64,000 nucleotides of DNA from Candidatus Minusculum obligatum. Lineage in GTDB: Bacteria > Patescibacteriota > Minisyncoccia > Phycocordibacterales > Phycocordibacteraceae. Positions 19,719-29,332 of this stretch are shown piece by piece. The notes beneath the pieces are model-generated. The model searched no databases, was not told where the DNA came from, and saw only the letters and a list, made by a program, of their open reading frames with translations. The first letter of the stretch is position 1, and each line of letters starts with the position of its first letter. The position numbers and the translations under genes are program-made. The DNA lies in NCBI GenBank assembly GCA_002331145.1, contig DCYT01000001.1, positions 154,002 to 218,001 of the forward strand, written 5' to 3'.

Positions 19719-22700
19719 ATGCCTGGGTCTAACCCAAGAAAAAACCGGAACTTCACGGCCGCGGCATGGGAAAGTGTTCTCACTTGGCGAACCCTAAGCG
19801 ACCATGAGCGTGCGTCAATAAAGGCGAGCAAGAACGACCCGGATCGCGAGAAGCTGCGCCTCGCGGGCAGCTACTATGACCGCCACGAAGTTAAAAAGAA
19901 CGGTTGGATCTACGGCGAGGCGGATAACGGGATGGAAGTCTCGGAAACCGGCCTTGGTTGGAAGTTCCGTGCGCGTATCATCTGGCATCTGTTTGAAGAG
20001 ATCTCGACCTATCCAGGCCTAGAGATCAAAGATCTCCAGGATCTCGTTCGGGATCACGATGATCAAGTGACATCCGTCACTCGTAGTGCTGCCTCCAGCG
20101 GCCCGAAACCCGAAGCAATCCGCTTAGATTATCTTTGCGACCTCGGGTACCCGGGCAAACCTGCCATGTATGAGCGTAGTTTCAATGCGCTGCTTCGCTG
20201 TGCATTCGACACGTTTGTCCAGAAAGCCAATGAGAAACTGGACTTCGAAACATTCGTTAAGCGTTGCAAGGAAACTCCACTCACCGACCGCGACGCGCCG
20301 GCCCAATTCCAACGCTTGCTAAGCCGCGGTTTCGTGGACATCCAATCGCAATTCGATATCAAGCCCGAACGAAATCTCTATAGCCTCGATCTGCGTCAGC
20401 CAGCGCTCGACGCGCTGGCAACATTTCTGCGGAAGTCAGATTATCGTCCAGTTCAAACGGTGCACAGCAAGAACAATCGAAGTGCGCTGACGGCGATCGC
20501 CGACCGGATCCACCGGATTGGCGTCGAGTATCAAACGAAGAGTGACGATGGTGATCTAGTCGCCAAGACTTATTTGCTCGCTGGAGATCAGCGCCCTTGC
20601 CTTTACCTCCGAGCCTCGCGCGTCAGCAAGGAGCGGCCCGTCACCCTGCCGCAGCTCGTCGGCAAACTTAAAGCCTTCTACCTCGGCGAAGCGGTGGAAA
20701 CCGCACCGACACCAACATCGCACGCGGAGTATCTGTCCGCGCTGAAATTCGTCCGTTCCGCGGTCATGCAAACGCCAGCGATCATAGTGTTCGATGGTCA
20801 TCGCTCCCCACGCGGTTGGCCGACCGCCCTGCCGAGCCTCATCTCTGATGATGGATTGTCGACGCTCCTGCGCGATTTACTGACGCCGCGCCTCAGCCAA
20901 CGCGATGCGCAACTAGATGTCCGCGCGTTCTACAAAACCCGCATCCTGGTATTGACGGACGACGAATTCTCAGAGGACGGCGAGGGTAAGAAACCGCCGC
21001 TTCAGGTACACCCGCTACAGCAACAGAAACCGATCAACATTGTCGCCCCCGATCCGGACGATATCCCTCAGCTGATCGACGACCACAAATGGCAGAATAA
21101 AACGAGCTTGAAGAGCATCGCTCAAAGCCGGTCAGCGAGCTTCGTCGATGGTGCGGTGCTGCGATTGACCGACACTTGGTTGACCGTTGTCGGTCACACA
21201 TACAATTTGGAGCGGGATCGAAACAGCGCGCTCAATTCCCTTCTCGGAAACTCATCTCGCGATTTAGCGGACGCGATGAACGAGCACCTGCTCGAAAACA
21301 AGCCTTCCGCGTTCTTGCTCCTGCGATGGATTGCGCTCGCGGAAAGCGAGATCCGCGCCTCGACGCTCGCGCGCCTCCTGACGAGTTGGAATTATCTCGC
21401 AGCCAAACGCAGCAAACGCCAGGGACAGTCCGGGATTGCACAAGCGAAAGCCGTGCCCACGAAAGATATCGTTAAGCTTCTGGAACCATTTGATTCCATT
21501 CTAACCTACGGACCAGATGAAAGTATGGACGGGCTTGATGGCCCTTACTTTCCACCGATCGAACGAATTCCGATCGCACGCAAAAAATCATCGCCCATCC
21601 CCGCCTATCGTCGAACTCGCTCTTACTCTTTCGTGACGAATCAAATCTGTTCGGATTTTCTGGAGTTTCGCCGCGATGACGACGCGCTGGAGGCTGAGCG
21701 GCTTGACATGTACCGGCTCCTCGCCGAGGAAGCCTTCCGGCAAGAAGCGGCGATCATGCGTCATGCACCGCGAGCTGCGTCACTAAACGTCCGCCGCCTG
21801 CGCCGCATGTGTGAAGGGCTTCATTACGGGTTTGCCAGCTTGCCCAACGATCCGTCGAGTATCGACCAGTCGCTGCGCGTCCTAAGCCGAAGTCTCGCCG
21901 TAAATCCGAGAAACGCATTCAATCATTTGTATCTAACTTTTTACCGGCACGTCTTGCAGCATGCGCCAGATTTTGCACTGACCCGCAATTTGGGGCGGCC
22001 AGCAATCGCTTCCGATCTCATCATGAGTGCGGTTTGGTGCGGCATTCGCAACCCGCCGGTCCACCGGACTACTAGTCTACCGCCAACCAATTCCCCGTAC
22101 TTGAACCCAGACCTCAGCAGGTCTGAATCACACAACCTGCCCGATAATGGGATACGCGAAAAGAATACGCACAAGGCACTCGCCAAAGACATCTATGTCT
22201 CGCTAATTCGCAACCTCATCAACGCAAACCGCCTGGACCTAGCTCATTCGGCGCTTGAGAAGGCCAAGGAAAACTGGACCGGTCCACGGGCCAACGGCAC
22301 GGGCCTGGATGCCCTTTCGAAAGTCGAGATCGACTTGGAATTGCTGCGGACGGATCCATCGCGCAATATCGCCAATATCAAGGGGCTATTCGATAAAGTT
22401 CTTATCGCGGGACCGCGCAGATGGCGCCTACTGAAATATCGAATTGAGAAAACAGTGCGCTGGCTGCCGAGCCGCCTCAATAAAGCCGGACCGTTTGAAG
22501 ATCTGACCAATGTCTACGACTTTCATCATCAGCTAAAGTCCGACATCAAGGCAGCGGCGGTTCAACTGACCCGCGGCATGAGCACACAGGATATTGAACG
22601 CGGTGCGGATCTATTCGCGCGCCTGGCCGAAGCGGAAGCCATACGAGCAGACAGTAGCTCAGACAACACGGATAAGATCGCGCTATCACGCTTCGTAACC

Positions 22701-23453
22701 GCTTGGGGCTTTTTCCATGTGGCAGAGGTTCTGCGGGATCAAGTCTTTCAAACCGACCCGTTGGGCCGGGACTACTTACCGAACCCGCATACCAACCGGG
22801 TCTTCGTGCGGGTTAGCTTGAAGCTACATACCATTCTCCGAGATCACACGCGACGATCGGCTCCAGGCTTATTGCTCGGCGCAGAAGGAGACTGGAGGGG
22901 TTCAGACGAGGGCACAACGTTGAAGCCGAATGCGTGCAGTCTGCTCGCTCAGTTCTTTGCCTATCAAGCCCAAAAACAGCTAGATCTCGTAACCCGGTTT
23001 CAGTTTCAGTTTTTGGCCGAAAGACCGAGTTTGCTCATGAGCGAGGCCGCTGTGATACGCACAGTTCGCGACGCGCCGGAAAAAGCTCTGGTTCTTCTCG
23101 GCGAAGCCGACGATCTCATCGCCGGCAATATGGATCGGCCGAGGCTGACCTTCCGCCTCGCGCTAGAGCGCGCCAAGGCGCTCCGGCAATTGGCGAAAAA
23201 ACCTGATGAGCCGTCGCGGCAGGCCATGCTGCTGATCGCAGCGGCAACGGAAACGCTGCGCTTAGAAGCCTTGCAGCAACGCGATGACGAGGGTGATCAA
23301 CGGGCGACGGGCGAGCGCCTGTGGAAGTTTGTGACGGTCCAGCAGAAAGCGGCGGTTAAGAAGAGCATTCAAGAGCTACGTAAAGCGCTTGGCAAAGAGC
23401 TTCACCAAGAAGACGACAAGGAACTTGAGCAACTCTGCAATTTGCTTTCCTAA
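19719..23453 (+). CDS. Large hypothetical protein (1244 aa), possibly a degenerate STAND-type NTPase with helical/TPR-like C-terminus
   Basis: Long uninterrupted ORF; Walker-B-like PAIIVFDG; no intact Walker A; helical repeats in the C-half. Confidence 0.7.
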   Translation: MPGSNPRKNRNFTAAAWESVLTWRTLSDHERASIKASKNDPDREKLRLAGSYYDRHEVKKNGWIYGEADNGMEVSETGLGWKFRARIIWHLFEEISTYPGLEIKDLQDLVRDHDDQVTSVTRSAASSGPKPEAIRLDYLCDLGYPGKPAMYERSFNALLRCAFDTFVQKANEKLDFETFVKRCKETPLTDRDAPAQFQRLLSRGFVDIQSQFDIKPERNLYSLDLRQPALDALATFLRKSDYRPVQTVHSKNNRSALTAIADRIHRIGVEYQTKSDDGDLVAKTYLLAGDQRPCLYLRASRVSKERPVTLPQLVGKLKAFYLGEAVETAPTPTSHAEYLSALKFVRSAVMQTPAIIVFDGHRSPRGWPTALPSLISDDGLSTLLRDLLTPRLSQRDAQLDVRAFYKTRILVLTDDEFSEDGEGKKPPLQVHPLQQQKPINIVAPDPDDIPQLIDDHKWQNKTSLKSIAQSRSASFVDGAVLRLTDTWLTVVGHTYNLERDRNSALNSLLGNSSRDLADAMNEHLLENKPSAFLLLRWIALAESEIRASTLARLLTSWNYLAAKRSKRQGQSGIAQAKAVPTKDIVKLLEPFDSILTYGPDESMDGLDGPYFPPIERIPIARKKSSPIPAYRRTRSYSFVTNQICSDFLEFRRDDDALEAERLDMYRLLAEEAFRQEAAIMRHAPRAASLNVRRLRRMCEGLHYGFASLPNDPSSIDQSLRVLSRSLAVNPRNAFNHLYLTFYRHVLQHAPDFALTRNLGRPAIASDLIMSAVWCGIRNPPVHRTTSLPPTNSPYLNPDLSRSESHNLPDNGIREKNTHKALAKDIYVSLIRNLINANRLDLAHSALEKAKENWTGPRANGTGLDALSKVEIDLELLRTDPSRNIANIKGLFDKVLIAGPRRWRLLKYRIEKTVRWLPSRLNKAGPFEDLTNVYDFHHQLKSDIKAAAVQLTRGMSTQDIERGADLFARLAEAEAIRADSSSDNTDKIALSRFVTAWGFFHVAEVLRDQVFQTDPLGRDYLPNPHTNRVFVRVSLKLHTILRDHTRRSAPGLLLGAEGDWRGSDEGTTLKPNACSLLAQFFAYQAQKQLDLVTRFQFQFLAERPSLLMSEAAVIRTVRDAPEKALVLLGEADDLIAGNMDRPRLTFRLALERAKALRQLAKKPDEPSRQAMLLIAAATETLRLEALQQRDDEGDQRATGERLWKFVTVQQKAAVKKSIQELRKALGKELHQEDDKELEQLCNLLS

Positions 23454-23462
23454 ATCGTGGCA

Positions 23463-25391
23463 TCAAAAAAGCAGCTGACCAGATGCGAACCTCATCCGCT
23501 TCTCCAAATCCCGTTGGCGATGGTTCGGGACAGATTTGCCAGCTTCCCAACGGCCAATAGTTCGCCCATCGACACCTATCCATTTCCCAAACTCATTCTG
23601 TGTCCACCCCCGTATCGCTCGGAAACGATATAGTCGCTCGCCGAACGAGGTGTTCGGCAGCCAACCATCGCTCTCGAGTAGCTCGATTACCTTTGGAAGG
23701 TGCTTGATCCTCGGTTCATGCTCGCCGCGCTCCCACAGACCAATCATCTCATGATGTACGCCGAGGCGATGCGCGAGCTGTCGCTTGGTCACGCCGAGTT
23801 CTCGCCGCCTTTGAAACAGTTGCTCGCCAACTGATCCGACCGCTATATCGGCGTACTCGGTATTTCGCCCCCAAAGGCTCAGAGGCCTGTTGGGGAAAAA
23901 GATGCAGCAACCCAACGTATTCTTCATGTAATTCCCGTCGTCTTGTTGGGAAGGGACATAGTGAAGGTGAATCGCTATGTCCCTTCCCCCTATTACGATT
24001 TGGTCGGTGATCGCCTCGATCACCGACCTTTTTTGTTCGAAGGTTAGTTCGTCCCAACGGTCATAGAGGGTTCTAGCGCCTGAGATGATCTCCTCACTGG
24101 AGTCTGAGGTCACGCGGAGCGCTGCAACTTCGCCCTCGATGGCAGCTATGCCGAGGGCGAGTTCATCGATCCGCTCCCCCATCTCCTTGTCGAGCGGCGT
24201 AAAGCGTGTGGCTTCCACCTCTTCATCCAGATACCCACGAAGCAGCTTCTCACGGTCTCTGCCGAGCTGGGATCGCTCCTTCTCCAGAGCCTGGATCTGG
24301 GCTTCTTTCGCGTTGACTTCGTCGAGGGTCGTTTTGAGGAAATCTGCCAGCTCTTCCGGAGACGCGAAGAAGGCGCGAAGCCGGTCACAGAAAATCGCCT
24401 CAAGATCATCTTGAGGAATTTTGCGACGGCACTTCCGGCAAACGAATTTCGGTGACTCATTGAGGACGTACATTGTCTCGCCGTCCGCCTCGCATTTCAC
24501 CTTCCCGGAGAACAGGTAATTGCCCCGCGGCCCTGGCGATCGCCCTTCGCGTTGTTTCTTCAAAATTGCGTTGCAGCGCTCCCAAAGCTCCGGTGCGACG
24601 ATCGCCTCGCAAGGATGCCATTCCCACTCATCCTCTGGCTTGATCGAGACCTTGCCACCGCGCTGATCGGCCGTCGTGTAGTTGCAGCGGCGCAATCCCT
24701 TCGCTGCCGGATCGACGAGCAAGAGTTGAATGGACTGGATTGAGAACTTGTTGCCTCGGCGCGTGCGAAAGCCTCGCTCATTGAGAATGCGCGCGACGGT
24801 TCCTTTGCGCTGGTATTCCGCGAAGAGCTCGTAGGCGAGCGCGCGAACCGGCGCTTCGTCCGGATGGGGTAAAAACTCATCCCCGACCCAGTGGTAGCCA
24901 TAGGGTGCCGCACCGGCGACTTTTCTGCCCATCTTTGCGCGGGTGACGACGGCGGCCTTGACGCGATCAACAATCTCCTCGCGCTCCCACTCCGCCAGCC
25001 CGGCAATCATCGTGTAGAAGAGCCGGCCTGACGGCGTGGTGGTGTCGATGCTCTCTTGCAAGGAGATGAGGTCGGCATTGTGCTCGCGGAAGAACTCGGA
25101 GACTTCCAGCAGACCTTTGGTGCTACGAGCCAGGCGCGCCAGCTTGGAGAAGACCAATGCCGAGATGCGGCCGGTTCGAACGTCGTCCAGCATCCGCTTG
25201 GCTTCAGGATGGTCCATAACCGCTTTTCCGGACACCCCAGAGAGGTCATAGACCTCCGCGACCGACCAACCCTTGAACTGCGCATACTGCTCGGCGCGCG
25301 CCTTGTGAGTGGCTGGGCTGTCGCCCTTGGCTTGGTCTTCCGTCGATACGCGAATCCAAACGCCGACCGATCTGACATCCTGTTGGTGCAT
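23463..25391 (-). CDS. Large serine recombinase fused in frame to two XRE-type HTH domains
   Basis: WIRVSTEDQ catalytic motif, SKLARLAR, APYGY, zinc ribbon CEAD...CRKC, coiled coil, then IGLWERGEHEP and IGRWEAG HTHs. Confidence 0.9.
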   Translation of the reverse strand: MHQQDVRSVGVWIRVSTEDQAKGDSPATHKARAEQYAQFKGWSVAEVYDLSGVSGKAVMDHPEAKRMLDDVRTGRISALVFSKLARLARSTKGLLEVSEFFREHNADLISLQESIDTTTPSGRLFYTMIAGLAEWEREEIVDRVKAAVVTRAKMGRKVAGAAPYGYHWVGDEFLPHPDEAPVRALAYELFAEYQRKGTVARILNERGFRTRRGNKFSIQSIQLLLVDPAAKGLRRCNYTTADQRGGKVSIKPEDEWEWHPCEAIVAPELWERCNAILKKQREGRSPGPRGNYLFSGKVKCEADGETMYVLNESPKFVCRKCRRKIPQDDLEAIFCDRLRAFFASPEELADFLKTTLDEVNAKEAQIQALEKERSQLGRDREKLLRGYLDEEVEATRFTPLDKEMGERIDELALGIAAIEGEVAALRVTSDSSEEIISGARTLYDRWDELTFEQKRSVIEAITDQIVIGGRDIAIHLHYVPSQQDDGNYMKNTLGCCIFFPNRPLSLWGRNTEYADIAVGSVGEQLFQRRRELGVTKRQLAHRLGVHHEMIGLWERGEHEPRIKHLPKVIELLESDGWLPNTSFGERLYRFRAIRGWTQNEFGKWIGVDGRTIGRWEAGKSVPNHRQRDLEKRMRFASGQLLF

Positions 25392-25418
25392 ATCCTCACC
25401 GATACTCGAATTACGTGT

Positions 25419-25664
25419 TTAGAGCCAGTTGTGGCTCGCCCCGTCGATCAAAGTTGATACCGAGATATCCATCGTTCGCGCCGCGGCGAACAGGCGGGAT
25501 GCGCCCAGGCGCCCGCGGGCATCTTCGATCAACGCCAGGTGCGCGGGAGTAAGGCCAATCTCTCGAGCGAGATCATTGGTGCGTATTCCCTTGAGGCATC
25601 GCCAGAGACGCACCTGCCCGCCAATTCTCGTATCAATCGCGTCCTGCACGTCTGCCCCCGGCAA
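25419..25664 (-). CDS. XRE/Cro-C1 HTH transcriptional regulator
   Basis: IDTRIGGQVRLWRCLKG...LAREIGLT...IEDARGRLGASRL. Confidence 0.75.
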   Translation of the reverse strand: MPGADVQDAIDTRIGGQVRLWRCLKGIRTNDLAREIGLTPAHLALIEDARGRLGASRLFAAARTMDISVSTLIDGASHNWL

Positions 25665-25666
25665 CG

Positions 25667-26020
25667 CTATGGCTTGCCTGTGGACGCCTCAGCGTCACTT
25701 CCACGAAGGGCCGACCAGACCAGAGCCGCAATCGGAATGGCATGCGCCACGATGAAGATGAGCCAGACCATGGTCGGGCCACTCTCCCCTTCGGTGAACT
25801 CGTGCGTCATCAGCCGGAATGTCGGGCTGAGGAACAACACTTTCACGCCGGACAAGACCACGGTGATGATCGTGAACAATCGCTCGCCGAAAAAGGCGCC
25901 AAACGCGACCAGGCCGAGCGCGATCCCGCCGACGTACAGACCGTAGATCGGGATGATCAAAGAAATAAGAAGGATGACGAAGCCGGCGATCGCAAGGCCA
26001 GCCGCTGCTTGCTTGTTCAT
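25667..26020 (-). CDS. Small integral membrane protein
   Basis: Three to four TM segments; tightly packed in the minus-strand operon. Confidence 0.7.
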   Translation of the reverse strand: MNKQAAAGLAIAGFVILLISLIIPIYGLYVGGIALGLVAFGAFFGERLFTIITVVLSGVKVLFLSPTFRLMTHEFTEGESGPTMVWLIFIVAHAIPIAALVWSALRGSDAEASTGKP

Positions 26021-26051
26021 TTTGAATGTCCCCTATGAGTTTGCGAGCGCG

Positions 26052-26375
26052 CTATCGGCACGCGTAGGCAGTTCCGACCCATTCGTTCGTGAGGCTGGTC
26101 CCGCGCTCGCGCCAGACCACGTGAGTGGCTCGAAGGTGAGCGGCTTGATTGAGGGCGGCGTTTTGCGCGTGTGTCCGGCCCACCGAGGCGCTCAAGCCCA
26201 CGAAGACCGCATTGGACCCGGACACGCTGCCAAGCTCCTCACACCCGGCTACGTCGCTCGCTCGCGCATCGATGATGGAGGTTTCAACGGGCGTGGCACA
26301 TCCGGCCAGGCTGAGAACTCCCGCTGCCAAGCTGCAACCTAGCACGGCCTGACGACACCAACTCTGCTTTTTCAT
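26052..26375 (-). CDS. Lipoprotein (DUF4156-like)
   Basis: Lipobox LAGC; DVAGCEELGSVSG...NAALNQAA...GTAYAC; AGGAG RBS at 26382-26386. Confidence 0.8.
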   Translation of the reverse strand: MKKQSWCRQAVLGCSLAAGVLSLAGCATPVETSIIDARASDVAGCEELGSVSGSNAVFVGLSASVGRTHAQNAALNQAAHLRATHVVWRERGTSLTNEWVGTAYACR

Positions 26376-26390
26376 CGCTATCTCCTGCTG

Positions 26391-26415
26391 TGAACACTTT
26401 GGGGTAGAGTGTTCA
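26391..26415. repeat. Putative recombination site A-left: TGAACACT-TTGGGGTAG-AGTGTTCA
   Basis: 8-bp palindromic arms with an asymmetric 9-bp spacer; exact reverse complement of 27062-27086. Confidence 0.88.
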
Positions 26416-26436
26416 TCGTAGTATTTCGCCCGTCAA
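26408..26436 (-). promoter_or_regulatory. Candidate outward-facing sigma70 promoter inside invertible segment A (TTGACG-N17-AACACT)
   Basis: -35 at 26436-26431; -10 overlaps the inner arm of the site; points at the lipoprotein RBS; same layout repeats at 29928-29956. Confidence 0.55.
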
Positions 26437-26479
26437 GAAAGAAATAGGCCACCGGCCCACCTTGGCGCGCTTCACATCC

Positions 26480-27058
26480 ATGATTTTCGATCTTCACGGC
26501 AACAGGAAGTACCTCACGCCTGCCGAGCGGGAGAGGTTTATCAATGCTTGTTATGCATTGCCTGAAGAAGAACAAACCTTTTGCCTCGCCCTCGCGTTTT
26601 CCGGATGCCGGATATCGGAGGCGCTCGCCTGCACTCCTGGTCGGGTCGACCGGGATATGCAGGCGCTAGTTATTCGATCGCTCAAAAAGCGTGTTGATGA
26701 GCCAGTATATCGTGCTGTTCCCCTACCTTCATGGCTTCTCGATAAGTTTAGCAGGCTCAGCGAAGGTTTGGATCCTCACCAGCGTTTGTGGCCCTGGGGC
26801 CGCACCCACGGTTGGAAAACTATCAAGCGCGTGATGAGCGCTGCGAGGATATCTGGAATGCATGCGACGCCGAAGGGGTTGCGCCACGGGTTTGGGGTGG
26901 CAGCGGTTCAAAGCGGAGTGCCGCTAAATCTGGTGCAGAGGTGGCTTGGTCACGCAAAGCTGGAAACAACCGCGATCTACACCAATGCGATTGGTGATGA
27001 GGAGCGCGCTATCGCCGCTCGGTTATGGGGCGACGTACAGCCCAAGCAGGCCGCCTGA
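26480..27058 (+). CDS. Short FimB/FimE-like tyrosine recombinase (catalytic domain only)
   Basis: RKYLT, SGCRISE, TPKGLRHGFG, WLGHAKLETTAIY; about 190 aa. Confidence 0.9.
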   Translation: MIFDLHGNRKYLTPAERERFINACYALPEEEQTFCLALAFSGCRISEALACTPGRVDRDMQALVIRSLKKRVDEPVYRAVPLPSWLLDKFSRLSEGLDPHQRLWPWGRTHGWKTIKRVMSAARISGMHATPKGLRHGFGVAAVQSGVPLNLVQRWLGHAKLETTAIYTNAIGDEERAIAARLWGDVQPKQAA

Positions 27059-27061
27059 CTG

Positions 27062-27086
27062 TGAACACTCTACCCCAAAGTGTTCA
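27062..27086. repeat. Putative recombination site A-right: TGAACACT-CTACCCCAA-AGTGTTCA
   Basis: Exact inverted copy of 26391-26415, 3 nt after the recombinase stop. Confidence 0.88.
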
Positions 27087-27174
27087 CGAATACTTTAGCG
27101 CTGTCAGTGGATCCCTCCAAGTGAAGTAGTGGACCATAGACACCAAAAAAAGATTGGGTAATAATTCATTTATT

Positions 27175-27199
27175 TGAATACTATAGTGCATAGCGTTCA
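27175..27199. repeat. Putative recombination site B-left: TGAATACT-ATAGTGCAT-AGCGTTCA
   Basis: Same arm consensus with a different spacer; the spacer is the reverse complement of that at 29957-29965; contains the stop codon of the TIM-barrel gene. Confidence 0.8.
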
Positions 27200-28009
27200 A
27201 TGTGGTGACTGGCTCTCGATTCGGGTCAACGCTTGTTGAACACCCCGCAGCGCCTCTCGACGCCCTTCGAGAACGAACGACGCATCTGGCCCACGGCACC
27301 GGGTCCAATCCGACAGCTCTGGCAAATTTTCTGTGATCGCTGCTTCCGACGAAACCTGAACTTGATCGATGATATCGGCGTTTGCACTCAAGTGCTCATC
27401 CACACCAAATCCGGACACGCGAGCCTTGTTAAGGTCCAGCGATATCCTGGCTGCCTTTCCGAACATCTCTACCACGGCTCGGAGTTCTTCAGGCGACACT
27501 CCGATATGCAAGGGCGTCCGATGTTGGCCGGTCGCGGAAGTCAAATAGTACGAGCCATTTTCAATTAGGAGCGGCATCTGTCGACTGGCTGCGTAGTCAC
27601 CGAGTTCACGCATTGATGGCTCAGCGTTCCGCCAGTAATTCTTGGTCTGCTGCTCCTGGGACCTCCATCCGCCAAACATATACCCGGTATGGATGGTGAC
27701 AGAACGGCCGCCAATGTCCTTCGCCAAATCAATAACCGACCTGACAACAGCCTTGGAGGAGTCGCGGACCTCAGGCACGAGTGAAGTGTAATTGATGTCG
27801 TAATAGACGCTGTGAACGTGAAGTTCGACTCCGAGACTTTCGGCTAAGGCACGAAGGCTTGATCTACGCTCACTGTCGAATTCCACAATGAGATTTGGAG
27901 TTTGATCGGGAATTAGCTGAACCGCAGAAAATTCTTGCTCCGCTGCAGCCACAATAAAGTCTTCAAACCGCGACCCATAGGCTCTCGAATATGACAATAT
28001 CGTGTTCAT
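27197..28009 (-). CDS. Sugar-phosphate isomerase/AP endonuclease 2 family TIM-barrel protein
   Basis: LHVHS...DINYTS, VTIHTG, LLIENG, ISLDL. Confidence 0.78.
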   Translation of the reverse strand: MNTILSYSRAYGSRFEDFIVAAAEQEFSAVQLIPDQTPNLIVEFDSERRSSLRALAESLGVELHVHSVYYDINYTSLVPEVRDSSKAVVRSVIDLAKDIGGRSVTIHTGYMFGGWRSQEQQTKNYWRNAEPSMRELGDYAASRQMPLLIENGSYYLTSATGQHRTPLHIGVSPEELRAVVEMFGKAARISLDLNKARVSGFGVDEHLSANADIIDQVQVSSEAAITENLPELSDWTRCRGPDASFVLEGRREALRGVQQALTRIESQSPH

Positions 28010-28012
28010 GAT

Positions 28013-29263
28013 TTAGATTATATTTCTTATGTATTCAATTATGGAGCCGATATTCTCCCCATATACCATTCTCGCTATTCCGAATAAATATACCACAATA
28101 ACAAACGAATATGTTATCCATTTCTTGAATATTTTTGGCCTCACCTTGATCATATAAAACGGAATCAACACCATTGGCGCGACAACAATTATGTCCAGGT
28201 AACTCGGGGCCGACAGATAAAATCTGTGAAGTCCAAACATAATGATGACCGCTAAGCATACAAAAAACCAAAACGCCGCCCGGTACAAATGAGCCGGCAT
28301 TATCGTCGCCCAGCGGCTATGCACTTTGAATTTCACAAAATCAGGCTCTTCGAGTTTCGGCTGCACGATAGTCGCGTCCACTCGAAGCGTATCCCGTGAT
28401 GGATCAAATCCGCGCTGAATGGCATTCAGCGTCTCCGCGGCCCAGAACTGAACGCGCACTGTCCGCCCAGAAGAACGCCCGCTCTCTGTCCAACCAGCTC
28501 CGTTGAGATGCGTACTGTTTATCCATCGCACGGCCTGGGAAATACTTTCGCCGTAAACAGGCACCCCTAGTGCAATCATAGCTGGAATGATTGCGTAGGC
28601 ATCGCAGTGCTTCCATAGCGTGCCATCGACACGCGCCTCAAAGAAGCCCCATGAGAACGGCGCTTCGAATTGATCGCGAACGGCCTCAAAATCTCCCGGG
28701 TCGAAATCACGACAACAAGCCAGCGCTTGAATTGCGTACCCCGTAGCTACCACAGTCGGCTCATCGTCGCTGGCAAGCGACCAAGAATTTCCGCGCCGTT
28801 GAACGCGGAGCCACTTCGCCGCATTGCTAATTTCATCATCAAACTGTTCAGCAAGCGAAAGCGCCTTTGTTGCCAGGTGCGTCGAAAACACATCTGACTG
28901 ATCGTCAGCCGCCGTGGCACCCCATCCCCCATCACTGTTAACCGCTTGGAGAAGATGATTTATCGGACCGGTAGCGAGCGAGGCTGCATCTGGCCTGTTA
29001 GCCCAATAGCAAGCCATTGCGGCGAACGCTGAAAAACGGGTGCGCGCACCACGCTCCTCAATATGACTCGCGTAAACGTCGAGGAGGAAGTCCAGCCCCG
29101 ACAGAGCCGTATCTTCATCGCCAGCAAGTTTAAGTACACGAATTGCCTCAGCAGTATTTACGATTGAACTCGGTTGCTGATGGGTCAATCCCCAGCCGCC
29201 GTTGTGATTGCGATTCTTTCGCAACCAACGCGCAGCAGATTCTAGTTGAGTTTCATACGGCAT
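28013..29263 (-). CDS. Prenyltransferase/squalene-cyclase-repeat (alpha/alpha barrel) protein with C-terminal TM helices
   Basis: QW-like repeats NHNGGWG, NSDGGWG, NGAGW; about three C-terminal hydrophobic helices encoded in AT-rich DNA. Confidence 0.72.
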   Translation of the reverse strand: MPYETQLESAARWLRKNRNHNGGWGLTHQQPSSIVNTAEAIRVLKLAGDEDTALSGLDFLLDVYASHIEERGARTRFSAFAAMACYWANRPDAASLATGPINHLLQAVNSDGGWGATAADDQSDVFSTHLATKALSLAEQFDDEISNAAKWLRVQRRGNSWSLASDDEPTVVATGYAIQALACCRDFDPGDFEAVRDQFEAPFSWGFFEARVDGTLWKHCDAYAIIPAMIALGVPVYGESISQAVRWINSTHLNGAGWTESGRSSGRTVRVQFWAAETLNAIQRGFDPSRDTLRVDATIVQPKLEEPDFVKFKVHSRWATIMPAHLYRAAFWFFVCLAVIIMFGLHRFYLSAPSYLDIIVVAPMVLIPFYMIKVRPKIFKKWITYSFVIVVYLFGIARMVYGENIGSIIEYIRNII

Positions 29264-29332
29264 GGCAGTCTCTATCTATTTCACATGCTAGCGGCTGACG
29301 GCTTAACTCGCACCAGCTTAGATGGTCGGTCT

